From positions 1 to 58,227 of the IMG/VR virus record IMGVR_UViG_3300027708_003611: a stretch of 58,227 bases of DNA; one strand, written 5' to 3'. The notes beneath the pieces are model-generated. The model was given only the letters and a program-made list of their open reading frames with translations, had not been told where the DNA came from and did not search any database. Positions 27,767 to 38,308 of this stretch are shown piece by piece. This DNA is from a virus (taxonomy: Duplodnaviria > Caudoviricetes). Numbering within the stretch: position 1 is the stretch's first letter; each line of letters opens with the position of its first letter. The translations under genes were made by a program, and so were the position numbers.

Positions 27767-28558
27767 ATGGAAAAAGGTAAAATTGGTATAGGTATTGTAA
27801 CATACAATTCAGAAGATTATTTTAAATCTCTTTATAAATCTATTCCACTTAATAAAATTAATGAATTAGTAGTTGTTAATGGTGGTGATCATTATAAAGA
27901 AGACTACAAGTGTCATTGGATTCAACATAGCGTTAATTGTTACCCTGCTATTTGTAGAAACGACGCTATTAATTTTTTAATGAATAGAGGCTGTGAACAT
28001 ATTTTTCTTATTGAAGATGATATGATTATTAAAGATTTTAGTATTTTTGAAAAATATATTAAAGCATCAGAAATTTCTGGATTGAAATATTTTTCCTATG
28101 TTAGTACTTCTTGGGAATCTGGAAAACCAGGTAGCAGAACCCCTAGACTCACTATAGAATATACACCAGAAATAAGTATTTCATTTTATAAAAATATGTG
28201 CAATGAATTTACGTATCATCATTATACAGCTTTTGAGAGTACTGGTCTGTATGACACACAATTTAGAGATCCATTTGATATTGATATGGCGTATAGAGAG
28301 TCTAAAGAAGGTCATGCAGCTCCCTTTTGGTGGTTTGCAGATGTAACAGGGTCAGATGTTTTGATTGAGAATAATCCCGTTGCCGTTAGTCGCTTACAAT
28401 CTGCAAATCGCTCAGACGGTTCTAGAGAACAAAGAATTCAAGAACAATGGTCAAAATTTGTTGATAAACACGGACATCATGTAACACAAATCCCTGATTT
28501 GTCTAAAGATAAAACTCTTCAACAGCTTATTATGAGAAGTAAAAATTACGGAAAATGA
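27767..28558 (+). CDS. GT2-family glycosyltransferase (paralog of upstream gene)
   Basis: IGIVTYN, LIEDD, shared IF.KYI.AS..SG..F and WFAD motifs; ATG 27767 preferred. Confidence 0.78.
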   Translation: MEKGKIGIGIVTYNSEDYFKSLYKSIPLNKINELVVVNGGDHYKEDYKCHWIQHSVNCYPAICRNDAINFLMNRGCEHIFLIEDDMIIKDFSIFEKYIKASEISGLKYFSYVSTSWESGKPGSRTPRLTIEYTPEISISFYKNMCNEFTYHHYTAFESTGLYDTQFRDPFDIDMAYRESKEGHAAPFWWFADVTGSDVLIENNPVAVSRLQSANRSDGSREQRIQEQWSKFVDKHGHHVTQIPDLSKDKTLQQLIMRSKNYGK

Positions 28559-30201
28559 AAATATCTATTGGTATAAACGGGTTTAAGAATTTAAGTCTTC
28601 TTAATAAGAGAGAGTTATTCTGTATTGAAAGCTTATTAAAGATAAAAAAAGACAATATTAATTTATATAATATTTGTTTTGAGAATGAAAATGTTAACTA
28701 CGATGGTTTTACCACTCTCAATAATCTTAAAGTAAAATCAAACACTCTAATACATGAATATTTTCAACACGAAGGATTAACAAACGAATATAATGCTAGA
28801 AAAAACGAGATAGATAATAACAATAAAGCTTTACCATCTGTAAAAGAAATATTTGATGTACTAGCTAGTACAGACTGTGATTATTTTTTGTTTTTAAACA
28901 ACGACATTATTGTTTCAAATAGACTCTTAAAAGAAATTGACGATTCTGAAGCTTACGTTATTAGCCGTATGCATATATATGATATTGAATCTTTAAACGA
29001 AACACCTAAAATTGAATCATATTCTGTACACGGTTTTGATGTGTTTCTTATAAAAAAAGATATTTGGTTACAAATAAGAAATAGTTTTGAAGATCTTATC
29101 TTAGGACGCTTTTATTGGGATACGTATTATGCAACAATGCTTGCTACCCTCGTTAAAACGAAATTTATTAATAAACTACCCCCTGTATGTTTTCATATAG
29201 AACATAACAGCACATCAAGTCAAGATACAATTGAAAATTATTATAATGAAGATGTGTTTAAGCGTAATACTTTAATTGGTCAACTATGGTTTAGTTATGT
29301 ACAGCAAGTATTAATGAAGCGACCTACAGTAAACAACTGTAAGTGGTATCAACCTTTTTCTAATGAAATCGAACTAGAACAAAAATGTTTTAATCCGTTT
29401 CCTGAGACAACGATAACTTTTAATAATAGTTTTACAAGGTATAAGGATGTACCTAACGACGGGTACGATATTTTTATACCCGTCGCACCAAAAGATGAAT
29501 GTAAGATACCTTATTTACTCGAAAGCATTTACAAGTATCAGACATTTAATAAAATATACATTGTATCTCCAAACAAGATAGAATCATTTAAAGACAGTAA
29601 AGTTAATTTTTACTTAGATAAAGATATATTACCTAATATAAATAGAAATAGTTTTTCATATAGACCGAACTGGATGTACCAGCAAATGTTAAAACTTTTT
29701 CAAAATATAACTGAAAAAGATTATTATCTAGTCCTAGATAGTGATACTGTTTTATTAAAATCATTAGCGACATTTGATAAAAATCAACCAATTTGGCATT
29801 ACGGTTGGAAACAAAATCATTTTCCTTATTTTTTATATCTTAAAAAAATTTTTAATATATCTAAAGCGTTAGATCATACAGGCATTGGAGATATTGGTTT
29901 TTTTAATAAAACTATTATTAATTCGTTTTTAAGTTATTGTAGTTGCTCTTCTTCAGAAGAATTAATTAATAAAATACAAAGTAATATGAATTTACTATAT
30001 CATTTTTCTGAATATGAAATGTATTGTAATTTTACAAAAACATATTACCCTAATTTATACCAGTACAAACAAATAAAACAGTATAACACTGGTAAAGATT
30101 CTAACATCGGTCAAACATGGAATGATAGTGAAATTATCAAAACTATTAACAATGCAAAACAAACAGACTCTGATTTACTTTTAATGCATACTTGGAATTA
30201 A
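28555..30201 (+). CDS. two-domain GT-A-like protein (C-terminal DUF6492-like)
   Basis: FLNNDII; W..QQ.LKL, LDSDTV, FSEYE.Y. Confidence 0.65.
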   Translation: MKISIGINGFKNLSLLNKRELFCIESLLKIKKDNINLYNICFENENVNYDGFTTLNNLKVKSNTLIHEYFQHEGLTNEYNARKNEIDNNNKALPSVKEIFDVLASTDCDYFLFLNNDIIVSNRLLKEIDDSEAYVISRMHIYDIESLNETPKIESYSVHGFDVFLIKKDIWLQIRNSFEDLILGRFYWDTYYATMLATLVKTKFINKLPPVCFHIEHNSTSSQDTIENYYNEDVFKRNTLIGQLWFSYVQQVLMKRPTVNNCKWYQPFSNEIELEQKCFNPFPETTITFNNSFTRYKDVPNDGYDIFIPVAPKDECKIPYLLESIYKYQTFNKIYIVSPNKIESFKDSKVNFYLDKDILPNINRNSFSYRPNWMYQQMLKLFQNITEKDYYLVLDSDTVLLKSLATFDKNQPIWHYGWKQNHFPYFLYLKKIFNISKALDHTGIGDIGFFNKTIINSFLSYCSCSSSEELINKIQSNMNLLYHFSEYEMYCNFTKTYYPNLYQYKQIKQYNTGKDSNIGQTWNDSEIIKTINNAKQTDSDLLLMHTWN

Positions 30202-30202
30202 T

Positions 30203-30940
30203 ATGAATAAAAAAATTATTTTAAATTTAGATGTATGGGGAGGTTTAGGAGATAATTTACAAATGTCTACTATACCAAGACGTTTTTTTGAAAAATTTGG
30301 CTACAAAGGAGTTTATATTTCTAATAGTATTCCTTGGCGTAATAACGAAATAAAAAACCTCGTTTGGGATAAAAATCCCTATATAGCTGGTTTTACCAAT
30401 AAAAAAGGTATTAATATCGCTGATAACAATCTTATTAGATACGACGGCTCTACTCATTGGATAGCTCTCATGGAAAAAATATTTAAATTTGAAGCACCGT
30501 ACGGGAAAATACCTGAACTGTATTATGATTTTAATAAAGAAGATATCTTTAATGTTAAAAATAAGATAATTGTTGACATTACCTGTAGTAACGAAAATAA
30601 TACAATGGATAAAATTTATCATCGTCAAAATATGAAAAAATATTTTGACAGTTTTAAAGAGCAATTAACAGTTGTTAAATTTAATAATTTAAAAAACGAT
30701 AAAACATTTACAGATTATACTAAAGAAATTATTAACAAACCGGTAGAGTATATTGAAATAAACAATATTAATGAATACTGTGAAATAATACGTAACTGTA
30801 AAAAATATATTTGCTCTCTTTCAGGAAATCATTGTCTAGCTGCAGCTATAAGAAATAATTTAACTTGTTTTATACCTGAAATATATTATAATATGAAATA
30901 TTTTGTCTTTGAAGGTGACTTTGAGTACATAAAAATTTAA
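30203..30940 (+). CDS. putative GT-B glycosyltransferase (GT9-like)
   Basis: WGGLGDNL; SG..CLAAA. Confidence 0.55.
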   Translation: MNKKIILNLDVWGGLGDNLQMSTIPRRFFEKFGYKGVYISNSIPWRNNEIKNLVWDKNPYIAGFTNKKGINIADNNLIRYDGSTHWIALMEKIFKFEAPYGKIPELYYDFNKEDIFNVKNKIIVDITCSNENNTMDKIYHRQNMKKYFDSFKEQLTVVKFNNLKNDKTFTDYTKEIINKPVEYIEINNINEYCEIIRNCKKYICSLSGNHCLAAAIRNNLTCFIPEIYYNMKYFVFEGDFEYIKI

Positions 30941-30944
30941 TAAA

Positions 30945-31808
30945 ATGAAAGCTATATACGTACATATTGATTATAAAAAATTACCTTACGGTCACGAATT
31001 TACCCCTGTTCAGTGGGTATTTGAACAGATTCCTTCTTACGCTCAAGTCAGCATAAATCAAACTAAAAAGTATTTAAACACAGAGCCAATTATTTTATCT
31101 AATGATTATATTGATAATCATATGAAAGAAGAGTCAATTGAATTTTATAGAAAGTGTAAGGAGTATTTTACCTATCTTGTTTGGTGTCCTTTTTGGTATA
31201 CTTCTCTTTTTAGATTATTTGTACTTTATACATATTGTAAGAAAAACAATATAGATAAGTTTATTCACCTTGAATACGACAATCTTATATATTCTGATTT
31301 TAAACATTTAGACTGTTTATCACCGTCAATTTACTTTACTCGAGTTGGATATCAGCAAAGCTCAGCAGGGTTTGTTTATTGCAATAGTTTAGAACATTTT
31401 ACAAAATTTAATAAATGCTTAGATCAGTTATTAAGAAAAGGGCATAGTTATGTTATACAGGCAACTAAATATCCGCATTTATCGGAAATGCAATTAATTG
31501 ATATTATCTACAATTACAAACCAGGTACGATAGATTATTTACCAATTCTACCATTTAAGCCAGGAAATGATAATTTTGATAACTTAGGTACATTATTTGA
31601 TGGAGCATCTTACGGTCAATACGTAGGAGGTACAAATCACAACCACCCGCCAGGATATGCTGAAAGAGCTCACTATATTGGGGACGCTATAATTGATAAA
31701 AAGATAGAAGTTGTTTTTGATAAAAAACCTTATACGATTTATAACGGAATAAAAATACCTATTTGTAATTTACATATACATTCTAAGAAATTACATTTAT
31801 ATGTTTAA
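30945..31808 (+). CDS. putative glycosyltransferase
   Basis: RLFVL, HLEYDNLIY, SEM, FDGASYGQYVGG, NLHIHSK. Confidence 0.55.
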   Translation: MKAIYVHIDYKKLPYGHEFTPVQWVFEQIPSYAQVSINQTKKYLNTEPIILSNDYIDNHMKEESIEFYRKCKEYFTYLVWCPFWYTSLFRLFVLYTYCKKNNIDKFIHLEYDNLIYSDFKHLDCLSPSIYFTRVGYQQSSAGFVYCNSLEHFTKFNKCLDQLLRKGHSYVIQATKYPHLSEMQLIDIIYNYKPGTIDYLPILPFKPGNDNFDNLGTLFDGASYGQYVGGTNHNHPPGYAERAHYIGDAIIDKKIEVVFDKKPYTIYNGIKIPICNLHIHSKKLHLYV

Positions 31809-31811
31809 AAT

Positions 31812-32498
31812 ATGTTAAGGCTCTTACAAATAGAAGGTACACGTCTTGGAAATCATATATTTCAAAATGTTGGATTAGCTTTATTAGCTAAAAAATACGA
31901 TTATAAAGTACATGAATATTATAGTGTAGAAGAATGTAAAACTCTTAATTTTAATTTTTACTCTGGTACAAAAATAAATAAAACGTTTATTCATTATAAA
32001 GATGAACATCTTATACCCTTATTACAATATAATGGGGATTTAAATCACGGTATTTTATATGAAGGTTTTTTTCAAAATTTAGATTTTATAAAATTATATA
32101 AACAAGATATTAAGTATTTATTTAAATTAGATAAACATGAAAATAATGATTTGTTTATTCATATAAGATTAGATGATGCAACACGCTTTAACCCTGGCAT
32201 AGAGTATTATCGGAAATGTATATCAAAATTAACATACGATAAAATTTATATAGCTAGTGACTCACCAAATAGTGATTTTATTCAAACACTTATAAAAGAG
32301 TATAATATGAATCTTTATGAAGATTCAGCAATTAACACGATTAATTTTGGCAGGAAATGTAATAATATTATTATTAGTAATGGTACATTTAGCTGGTGGA
32401 TAGCATTTTTAAGTAATGCTAAAAACATTTTTTATCCTACCAAACATTGTACAAGCTTTCACCCCTTTATATATTTACCAGAATGGAACGGAATATAG
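31812..32498 (+). CDS. GT11 alpha-1,2-fucosyltransferase-like
   Basis: RLGNHIFQ, GFFQ, HIR.DD, YY, ASD, SNGTFSWW.AFL. Confidence 0.82.
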   Translation: MLRLLQIEGTRLGNHIFQNVGLALLAKKYDYKVHEYYSVEECKTLNFNFYSGTKINKTFIHYKDEHLIPLLQYNGDLNHGILYEGFFQNLDFIKLYKQDIKYLFKLDKHENNDLFIHIRLDDATRFNPGIEYYRKCISKLTYDKIYIASDSPNSDFIQTLIKEYNMNLYEDSAINTINFGRKCNNIIISNGTFSWWIAFLSNAKNIFYPTKHCTSFHPFIYLPEWNGI

Positions 32499-33208
32499 TC
32501 ATTTATCAGCCCTGGGGCGGTTTAGGGGATAATTTAGCGCATTCTATTATACCGGAGTTATGCTTTCAAAATAATATAAAATGTTATCTATCTAAACAGA
32601 ATGCCTGTAGAAACAACGATATTAATAACTTTGTATGGGAATTAAACCCGTATATTGAAAAAGAAAAGATAGATTTTACAGACTTAACGTGGTTAGATAG
32701 ATGTAAACAATTTGAAAATACGTCTGTTAACCACATACAAGTTTTACAAAAAGTATACGGGTTTAATACTGTTTATGAATATCCTAAAATTTATTATACA
32801 CCAAAGTATATAGAAGAATATAAAGATAAAATTTTAATTAATTTTACAACACATAGTATTCAACACGAATATGATCTTCAAAAGATCAAAAACGCCGTAA
32901 CAAGTCTTGGTATTAAAAAACAAGATATAATTTATATTACTCATACTAAAGTAGATTATAGTAAAGATTTTTGTAAAAATGAAAATATACCTACAATAGA
33001 TATTAATGATTTAAAAACATTTTCAGATGCTATAGCTTCTGCTAAACAGTTTATTGCACTATTTTCAGGTCAATCAGTTTTAGCATCAACAATAAAACAT
33101 CAAACAGGTAGTGATGTTAAAATAGATATTATTACTCCTACAAAATACTTACCGCATAAAAGCTACACCTATACATTTTCTAATACAAATTACATTGAAA
33201 TAATTTGA
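32483..33208 (+). CDS. putative GT-B glycosyltransferase (paralog of 30203)
   Basis: WGGLGDNL, RN..I...VW..NPYI, SG.S.LAS; ATG 32483 preferred. Confidence 0.55.
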   Translation: MERNIVIYQPWGGLGDNLAHSIIPELCFQNNIKCYLSKQNACRNNDINNFVWELNPYIEKEKIDFTDLTWLDRCKQFENTSVNHIQVLQKVYGFNTVYEYPKIYYTPKYIEEYKDKILINFTTHSIQHEYDLQKIKNAVTSLGIKKQDIIYITHTKVDYSKDFCKNENIPTIDINDLKTFSDAIASAKQFIALFSGQSVLASTIKHQTGSDVKIDIITPTKYLPHKSYTYTFSNTNYIEII

Positions 33209-33241
33209 TTTTTTGTTACATTATAATATAATACGTAATAT

Positions 33242-33856
33242 ATGATAGATAATTATGAAACAGATGAATGTGGTATTATTCATCAACAAAATTTTAATGT
33301 TATTACCTATGATGTAGATTATATTAAAAATAGTTATTATAAGTATCCTAAAACTCTAAGTATGGGGTACCTTAGACTTGGATACTTAATAGGCAGTATA
33401 GGACATATACCTACATCTATTTTAGATGTAGGGTACGGGTCAGGTGATTTTTTAAAAGTGTGTAAAGAAATTATACCCGAGTGTTACGGATATGATATCA
33501 CTACACTTCCTCCACCTGAAGGTACTAAACAAGTAACATCCTTAATAGACAGACACTATGATGTTGTTTCATTTTTTGATGTATTAGAACATTTTGAAGA
33601 TATTTACGAAATATGTAGTATTAAATGTAATTACGTTTATATAAGTTTACCTTGGTGTCACTATCATTCAGACGAATGGTTTTCTAACTGGAAGCATAGA
33701 AAACCAAATGAACATTTACACCACTTTAATGATAAGTCTTTAATATCTTTTTTTAAAAAGATAGGTTTTAGTTGTTTAAATTTTTCTGAAATAGAAGATA
33801 CTATACGTAAAGGAGAAAATAAAAATATACTTACAGCGGTGTTTAAAAAACAATAA
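33242..33856 (+). CDS. class I SAM-dependent methyltransferase
   Basis: ILDVGYGSG.F, YDVVSFFDVLEH, EHLHHF. Confidence 0.85.
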   Translation: MIDNYETDECGIIHQQNFNVITYDVDYIKNSYYKYPKTLSMGYLRLGYLIGSIGHIPTSILDVGYGSGDFLKVCKEIIPECYGYDITTLPPPEGTKQVTSLIDRHYDVVSFFDVLEHFEDIYEICSIKCNYVYISLPWCHYHSDEWFSNWKHRKPNEHLHHFNDKSLISFFKKIGFSCLNFSEIEDTIRKGENKNILTAVFKKQ

Positions 33857-33862
33857 ATTATT

Positions 33863-34354
33863 ATGAATAAAAATATATTTAAATATAACAACAATCTTTA
33901 TCCTTCTTATATTAAGAAAGGAAATGCATGCTCGTTTATACTACCTCTTGCACAACATTTTTGTACTGGAGAAGGAATAGATATTGGCGGTTTTAATAAG
34001 TGGACATTACCTGGTGCTAAGCCGATTAATATTGTTATTGACGATGAATATGATGCATTTAATTTACCTAAAAGAAAATACGACTATATTTTTAGTAGTC
34101 ACACTCTCGAACATTTAGCAGATTATGTTGGAGCTTTAGAATATTGAAAAAAGCATCTTAAAAAAGGTGGTGTTTTATTTTTATACTTACCACACCCTGA
34201 CATGGAATACTGGAACTCACAAAACAATAGAAAACATTATCATTTATTTTACCCGTCTCATATTAAAGATGTTTTACATAAATTAAAATATAAAGATATT
34301 ATTCATAGCGAAAGAGATTTGTATTGGGCTTTTTCAGTTGTAGCTTTTAATTAA
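33863..34354 (+). pseudogene. SAM methyltransferase interrupted by an in-frame TGA at 34145-34147
   Basis: GIDIGG, YIFSSHTLEH..DY..ALEY*KKHLKKGGVLFLYLPH; frame continues 68 codons to TAA 34352-34354. Confidence 0.75.
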
Positions 34355-34357
34355 AAA

Positions 34358-35188
34358 ATGAATATTATTTCAGGTGAAGAGTTTCAAAGTTTAACTGAAG
34401 TAAGTTTTTTTAGTGAAAATAACTGCATTATTGATGATCAAATTAAAAATAAACAACAAAACCTCTTACGTATAGCAGATACATCAGTAGAAATAATTAA
34501 ACAATTTAAAACGATTTTTGTTTATTCTCATTTTGTTCATGACTTTATGAACAAATTTTTACCATACTTACAAAAAGGTACTATTATTGTTACACATAAT
34601 TCTGACCATGATATTAACGAACAACATTTAAAATATCTTGAATCTACAAATATTAAAAAATGGTTTTGTCAAAACAGATATATAAATCATCCTAAACTAT
34701 ATTCATTACCAATAGGTATTGCTAACGGTCAATGGCCTCATGGCAATCAACAGCTTATTAACAATATTCGTAGTGAAAATAATATTAAAAATAATTTAGT
34801 GTTTAAAAATTTTGATTCAGGTACAAATTTTTCTAAGCAATTTTCTAAGCGCAGTATATGCGATCAAGTTACAAGAAAAAACGGTATTCTTATGCGGAGT
34901 AAAAAGCCTAATAATGAATATTGGAGAGACATATCTAAGAGTTATTTTACAATTTGTCCACACGGAAATGGAGTAGATAGTCATCGAATTTGGGAATGTC
35001 TATATCTACAGTCTGTTCCTATTGTTGAAGATCATGAATGTTTTAGTCAATTTAAACATTTACCTATTATTTTTACAAAAGACTGGAATAAAATTACAAT
35101 TGAATATTTAAATAGACAGTTATTACACTGTAGTAAAATTAACTGGAATATAAAAGAATTATATACACAAAATTGGAAACTTGTTTAG
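34358..35188 (+). CDS. exostosin/GT47-like glycosyltransferase
   Basis: THNSD, LPIG, CPHGNGVDSHRIWECLYLQSVPIV. Confidence 0.75.
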   Translation: MNIISGEEFQSLTEVSFFSENNCIIDDQIKNKQQNLLRIADTSVEIIKQFKTIFVYSHFVHDFMNKFLPYLQKGTIIVTHNSDHDINEQHLKYLESTNIKKWFCQNRYINHPKLYSLPIGIANGQWPHGNQQLINNIRSENNIKNNLVFKNFDSGTNFSKQFSKRSICDQVTRKNGILMRSKKPNNEYWRDISKSYFTICPHGNGVDSHRIWECLYLQSVPIVEDHECFSQFKHLPIIFTKDWNKITIEYLNRQLLHCSKINWNIKELYTQNWKLV

Positions 35189-35222
35189 TTGATTCTTAAC
35201 ATATTTTTATTATACTAAACTA

Positions 35223-37016
35223 GTGCGGTTAATTAATTTTAAAACATTAACAATTAAGAATTTTCTTTCTGTAGGTAATACACCCGCTGTAGTTAATTTT
35301 CAGCCTGGTGTAAACGTAATTACTGGTATTAATTACGATAAAGAAGATTCAAAAAACGGTGTAGGTAAATCTACTATTATAGACGCCTTATATTTTGCTT
35401 TGTTTGGAACAACAATTAGAGAAATTAATAAAGATCTTATTACAAACTCTTTTACTAAAAAAATTTGTGAAGTTAAATTAGAATTACAAATTATTAACAA
35501 CGGTAATACAAATACATATCAAATTGTTAGAACACTATCTCCTACTAAGTGTTTTTTATCTAAAAATGGTGTAGATATAACACACTCTACAATGGCGAAA
35601 ACAAATGAGTTTATACAAAAACTTTTACGCTCTACAGGAAAAATATTTCAAAATTCCGTTATAATGACAATTAATAACACTGTACCGTTTATGGCACAGA
35701 GTAAAATTGATAAACGCAAATTTATTGAAAGCGTTTTAAATCTTGAAGCGTTCTCTGATATGCTCTCTCTAACAAGAGATGAATATAACAATCTTAAAAA
35801 AGATTATGAAATTATATATTCAAAAAATGAAGTTATAGAAAAAAATTATAACACTAATAAGCAGCAATTAGATCAATTTGAAGAGAATAAAAATAGTAGA
35901 ATACAGACAATTGCAGATAAAATTGCTCTTAATATAGTAAAAATAGATAGTTTAAAAGAACAAATAGTTGTGCTACCTAAAAACGTAGACGACCTTTTAA
36001 TTAAAAAAATAGATATTCTTAACAACGAACTTAATGATATTCAAGATAATCGTAGAGATGCTGATAATACATTAACAACAATACGTACTAACATTAGTAT
36101 GCTTGAAAAACAGCTTAAAGATCTTGAAAATGTTGGATCGAGCTGTACAACATGTAAGCGACCTTTTCCAGAAGACGACATTAAACATAAGGAACAAAAT
36201 AAAAAAGAAATTAATGATCAGCTAAGTTTACTCTTACAGGATAGACAAACTGCTATTAATATTGTTGATTCATTTAAAGATAAAGAAACAAATAAAAAAT
36301 TAGAAATAAAAACTTTTGAATCTAAGAAAGAAGGTCTTAACAAAATTAAAACTAATAATATTAATTTACAAACAAAAATTACCTTACTAACTGATAATAA
36401 CGATGAATCTTTAAAAGAACAGCAAAGTATAGCTTACGAAACAAATTTTATTTTAGAACAAAGTGTCTCTGAGCTCGAAAATGAATGCAATATTAATAAG
36501 GCTGAGATAAACAATTTAGATCATCAACTTTCCGTTCTTGAATGTGTAAAGTTTGTAGTTTCAGAAGAAGGAGTAAAATCTTATATTGTTAAAAAAATAT
36601 TACAGATTCTTAATTCTCGTCTTGGTTATTATCTTGAAGCTTTGCACGCTAATTGTCTTTGTCAATTTAATGAATATTTTGATGAAACAATCACTGATGA
36701 AAAAGGCGAAGAAAAGTCATATTTTAATTTTTCAGGTGGAGAACGTAAGCGTATAGATTTAGCATGCTTATTTGCGTTTTTAGATATTAGAAGAATGCAG
36801 GGAGACGTACACTTTAGTACCATATTTTATGATGAATTACTCGATTCTTCTTTAGATGATAAAGGTGTTGAGTTAGTATTAAGAATACTACGGGAAAGAA
36901 CAGAAAAATATAACGAAAATTGTTATATTATTACTCATCGTGGTACAGCAATAACTGCTAAAGTTGACAATACAATTTTCCTGGAAAAAAAGAATAATTT
37001 TACTTATATATTATAA
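35223..37016 (+). CDS. recombination ATPase subunit (gp46/Rad50-like)
   Basis: KNFLSVGN, NGVGKST, CTTC zinc hook, FSGGE, DELLDSSLD, ITH. Confidence 0.93.
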   Translation: MRLINFKTLTIKNFLSVGNTPAVVNFQPGVNVITGINYDKEDSKNGVGKSTIIDALYFALFGTTIREINKDLITNSFTKKICEVKLELQIINNGNTNTYQIVRTLSPTKCFLSKNGVDITHSTMAKTNEFIQKLLRSTGKIFQNSVIMTINNTVPFMAQSKIDKRKFIESVLNLEAFSDMLSLTRDEYNNLKKDYEIIYSKNEVIEKNYNTNKQQLDQFEENKNSRIQTIADKIALNIVKIDSLKEQIVVLPKNVDDLLIKKIDILNNELNDIQDNRRDADNTLTTIRTNISMLEKQLKDLENVGSSCTTCKRPFPEDDIKHKEQNKKEINDQLSLLLQDRQTAINIVDSFKDKETNKKLEIKTFESKKEGLNKIKTNNINLQTKITLLTDNNDESLKEQQSIAYETNFILEQSVSELENECNINKAEINNLDHQLSVLECVKFVVSEEGVKSYIVKKILQILNSRLGYYLEALHANCLCQFNEYFDETITDEKGEEKSYFNFSGGERKRIDLACLFAFLDIRRMQGDVHFSTIFYDELLDSSLDDKGVELVLRILRERTEKYNENCYIITHRGTAITAKVDNTIFLEKKNNFTYIL

Positions 37017-37021
37017 ACCCT

Positions 37022-38269
37022 ATGCAATTATCATTTTTAACTAATCACTCCGGTATAGCACATAACATGGGTGCACCATTAGGACTACCACCAGGGCTAC
37101 CTAATACGTGTCAAGTCTTGCCATTACCTCCAAACACCGAATTACCTCCTCCTGAAATACCGGGACAAGGTTTACCAAGAGCCATTAACTATTTAGCTGA
37201 CTATGGCGGCTGTAGCTGGTATCGCTGTATGGCTCCAAACATGATGCTTAATCTCTATAATAAAGCCGTTATTTCCGAGCTTACTACAATGGTATTAGAT
37301 CCAAGGTTTTATCAAGGCATCTCTGCTGTAAAAATTCAACGTCAAGCTACACCTATTCAGAGAGAATTTGTTAAGATGCTTAAAGAAATTTCTAAGCAAG
37401 TTGGTTTTAGACTTATTTACGAAATTGATGATATTGTCTTTCGTGAAGATATACCTGATTTTAATCGCAATAAAGACGCTTTTACATCAGATGAAATTCG
37501 CGGTAGCATATTAGATATTATGGGTATGTGTGATGAAATTACTGTTACATGTGATTTCATGCGTGATTACTTTATTGATAAAACTGGTAATAAAAATACT
37601 ACAGTTATACCTAATTACCTTTCCAGAGGGTGGTTTGATCGTTTTTACAATCTCAATAGTCTTATCAAGAATTACGATAAAAATAAAAAGAAGCCAGTTA
37701 TATCAATCTTTGCCTCCGGTACACATGTCGATGTTACTAACAGAACTGGTCAACGAGATGATTTTTCTGCTATAGTCGATGCTGTTATTAAAACACGTAC
37801 TATGTTTAAGTGGCAGTTTTACGGTTGCTACCCACTCCCACTTAAACCACTTATTGACGCTGGTCAAATTGTATATAAAGAGTGGGCACAGCTTCCAGAC
37901 TTTCCTAGCGTAATGGCTAACTCAGGTACACAGCTTTGTTTTGCTGCTCTTGAAGACAATAATTTTAATCGTGCTAAGAGTAATATTAAACTTATTGAGT
38001 CAGGTGCAATTGGATTACCCTGTATTTGTCCTGATATGGTTACGTATAAAGACGCCACTCTTAAATACAAGACCGGAGATGAGTTTATCGATCAAATCAA
38101 ATATGCTCTTAAGGATCAAGATAGATATACAAAACTTTGCAAGCGTTCTAGAGAGCATGCAGAGAGGTTTTGGCTCGAAGATGAAAGAAATCTCAATAAA
38201 CATCTCGAAGCTTACACTACACCGTTTGGTTCACCAGATAGAAAATATCTTAAAGAGTGTAATTTATAA
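37022..38269 (+). CDS. GT-B glycosyltransferase
   Basis: GCSWYR, YEIDD, VIPN, FNRAKSNIKLIE.GA.GLP. Confidence 0.75.
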   Translation: MQLSFLTNHSGIAHNMGAPLGLPPGLPNTCQVLPLPPNTELPPPEIPGQGLPRAINYLADYGGCSWYRCMAPNMMLNLYNKAVISELTTMVLDPRFYQGISAVKIQRQATPIQREFVKMLKEISKQVGFRLIYEIDDIVFREDIPDFNRNKDAFTSDEIRGSILDIMGMCDEITVTCDFMRDYFIDKTGNKNTTVIPNYLSRGWFDRFYNLNSLIKNYDKNKKKPVISIFASGTHVDVTNRTGQRDDFSAIVDAVIKTRTMFKWQFYGCYPLPLKPLIDAGQIVYKEWAQLPDFPSVMANSGTQLCFAALEDNNFNRAKSNIKLIESGAIGLPCICPDMVTYKDATLKYKTGDEFIDQIKYALKDQDRYTKLCKRSREHAERFWLEDERNLNKHLEAYTTPFGSPDRKYLKECNL

Positions 38270-38308
38270 TTTGCTTGATAAACAATTACCAGTATATAGA
38301 ATATAGGT

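Noticed and set aside
34145-34147. Genome-wide TGA=Trp recoding
   Set aside because: Many genes end at TGA with ATGA overlaps, and conserved proteins are full-length in code 11
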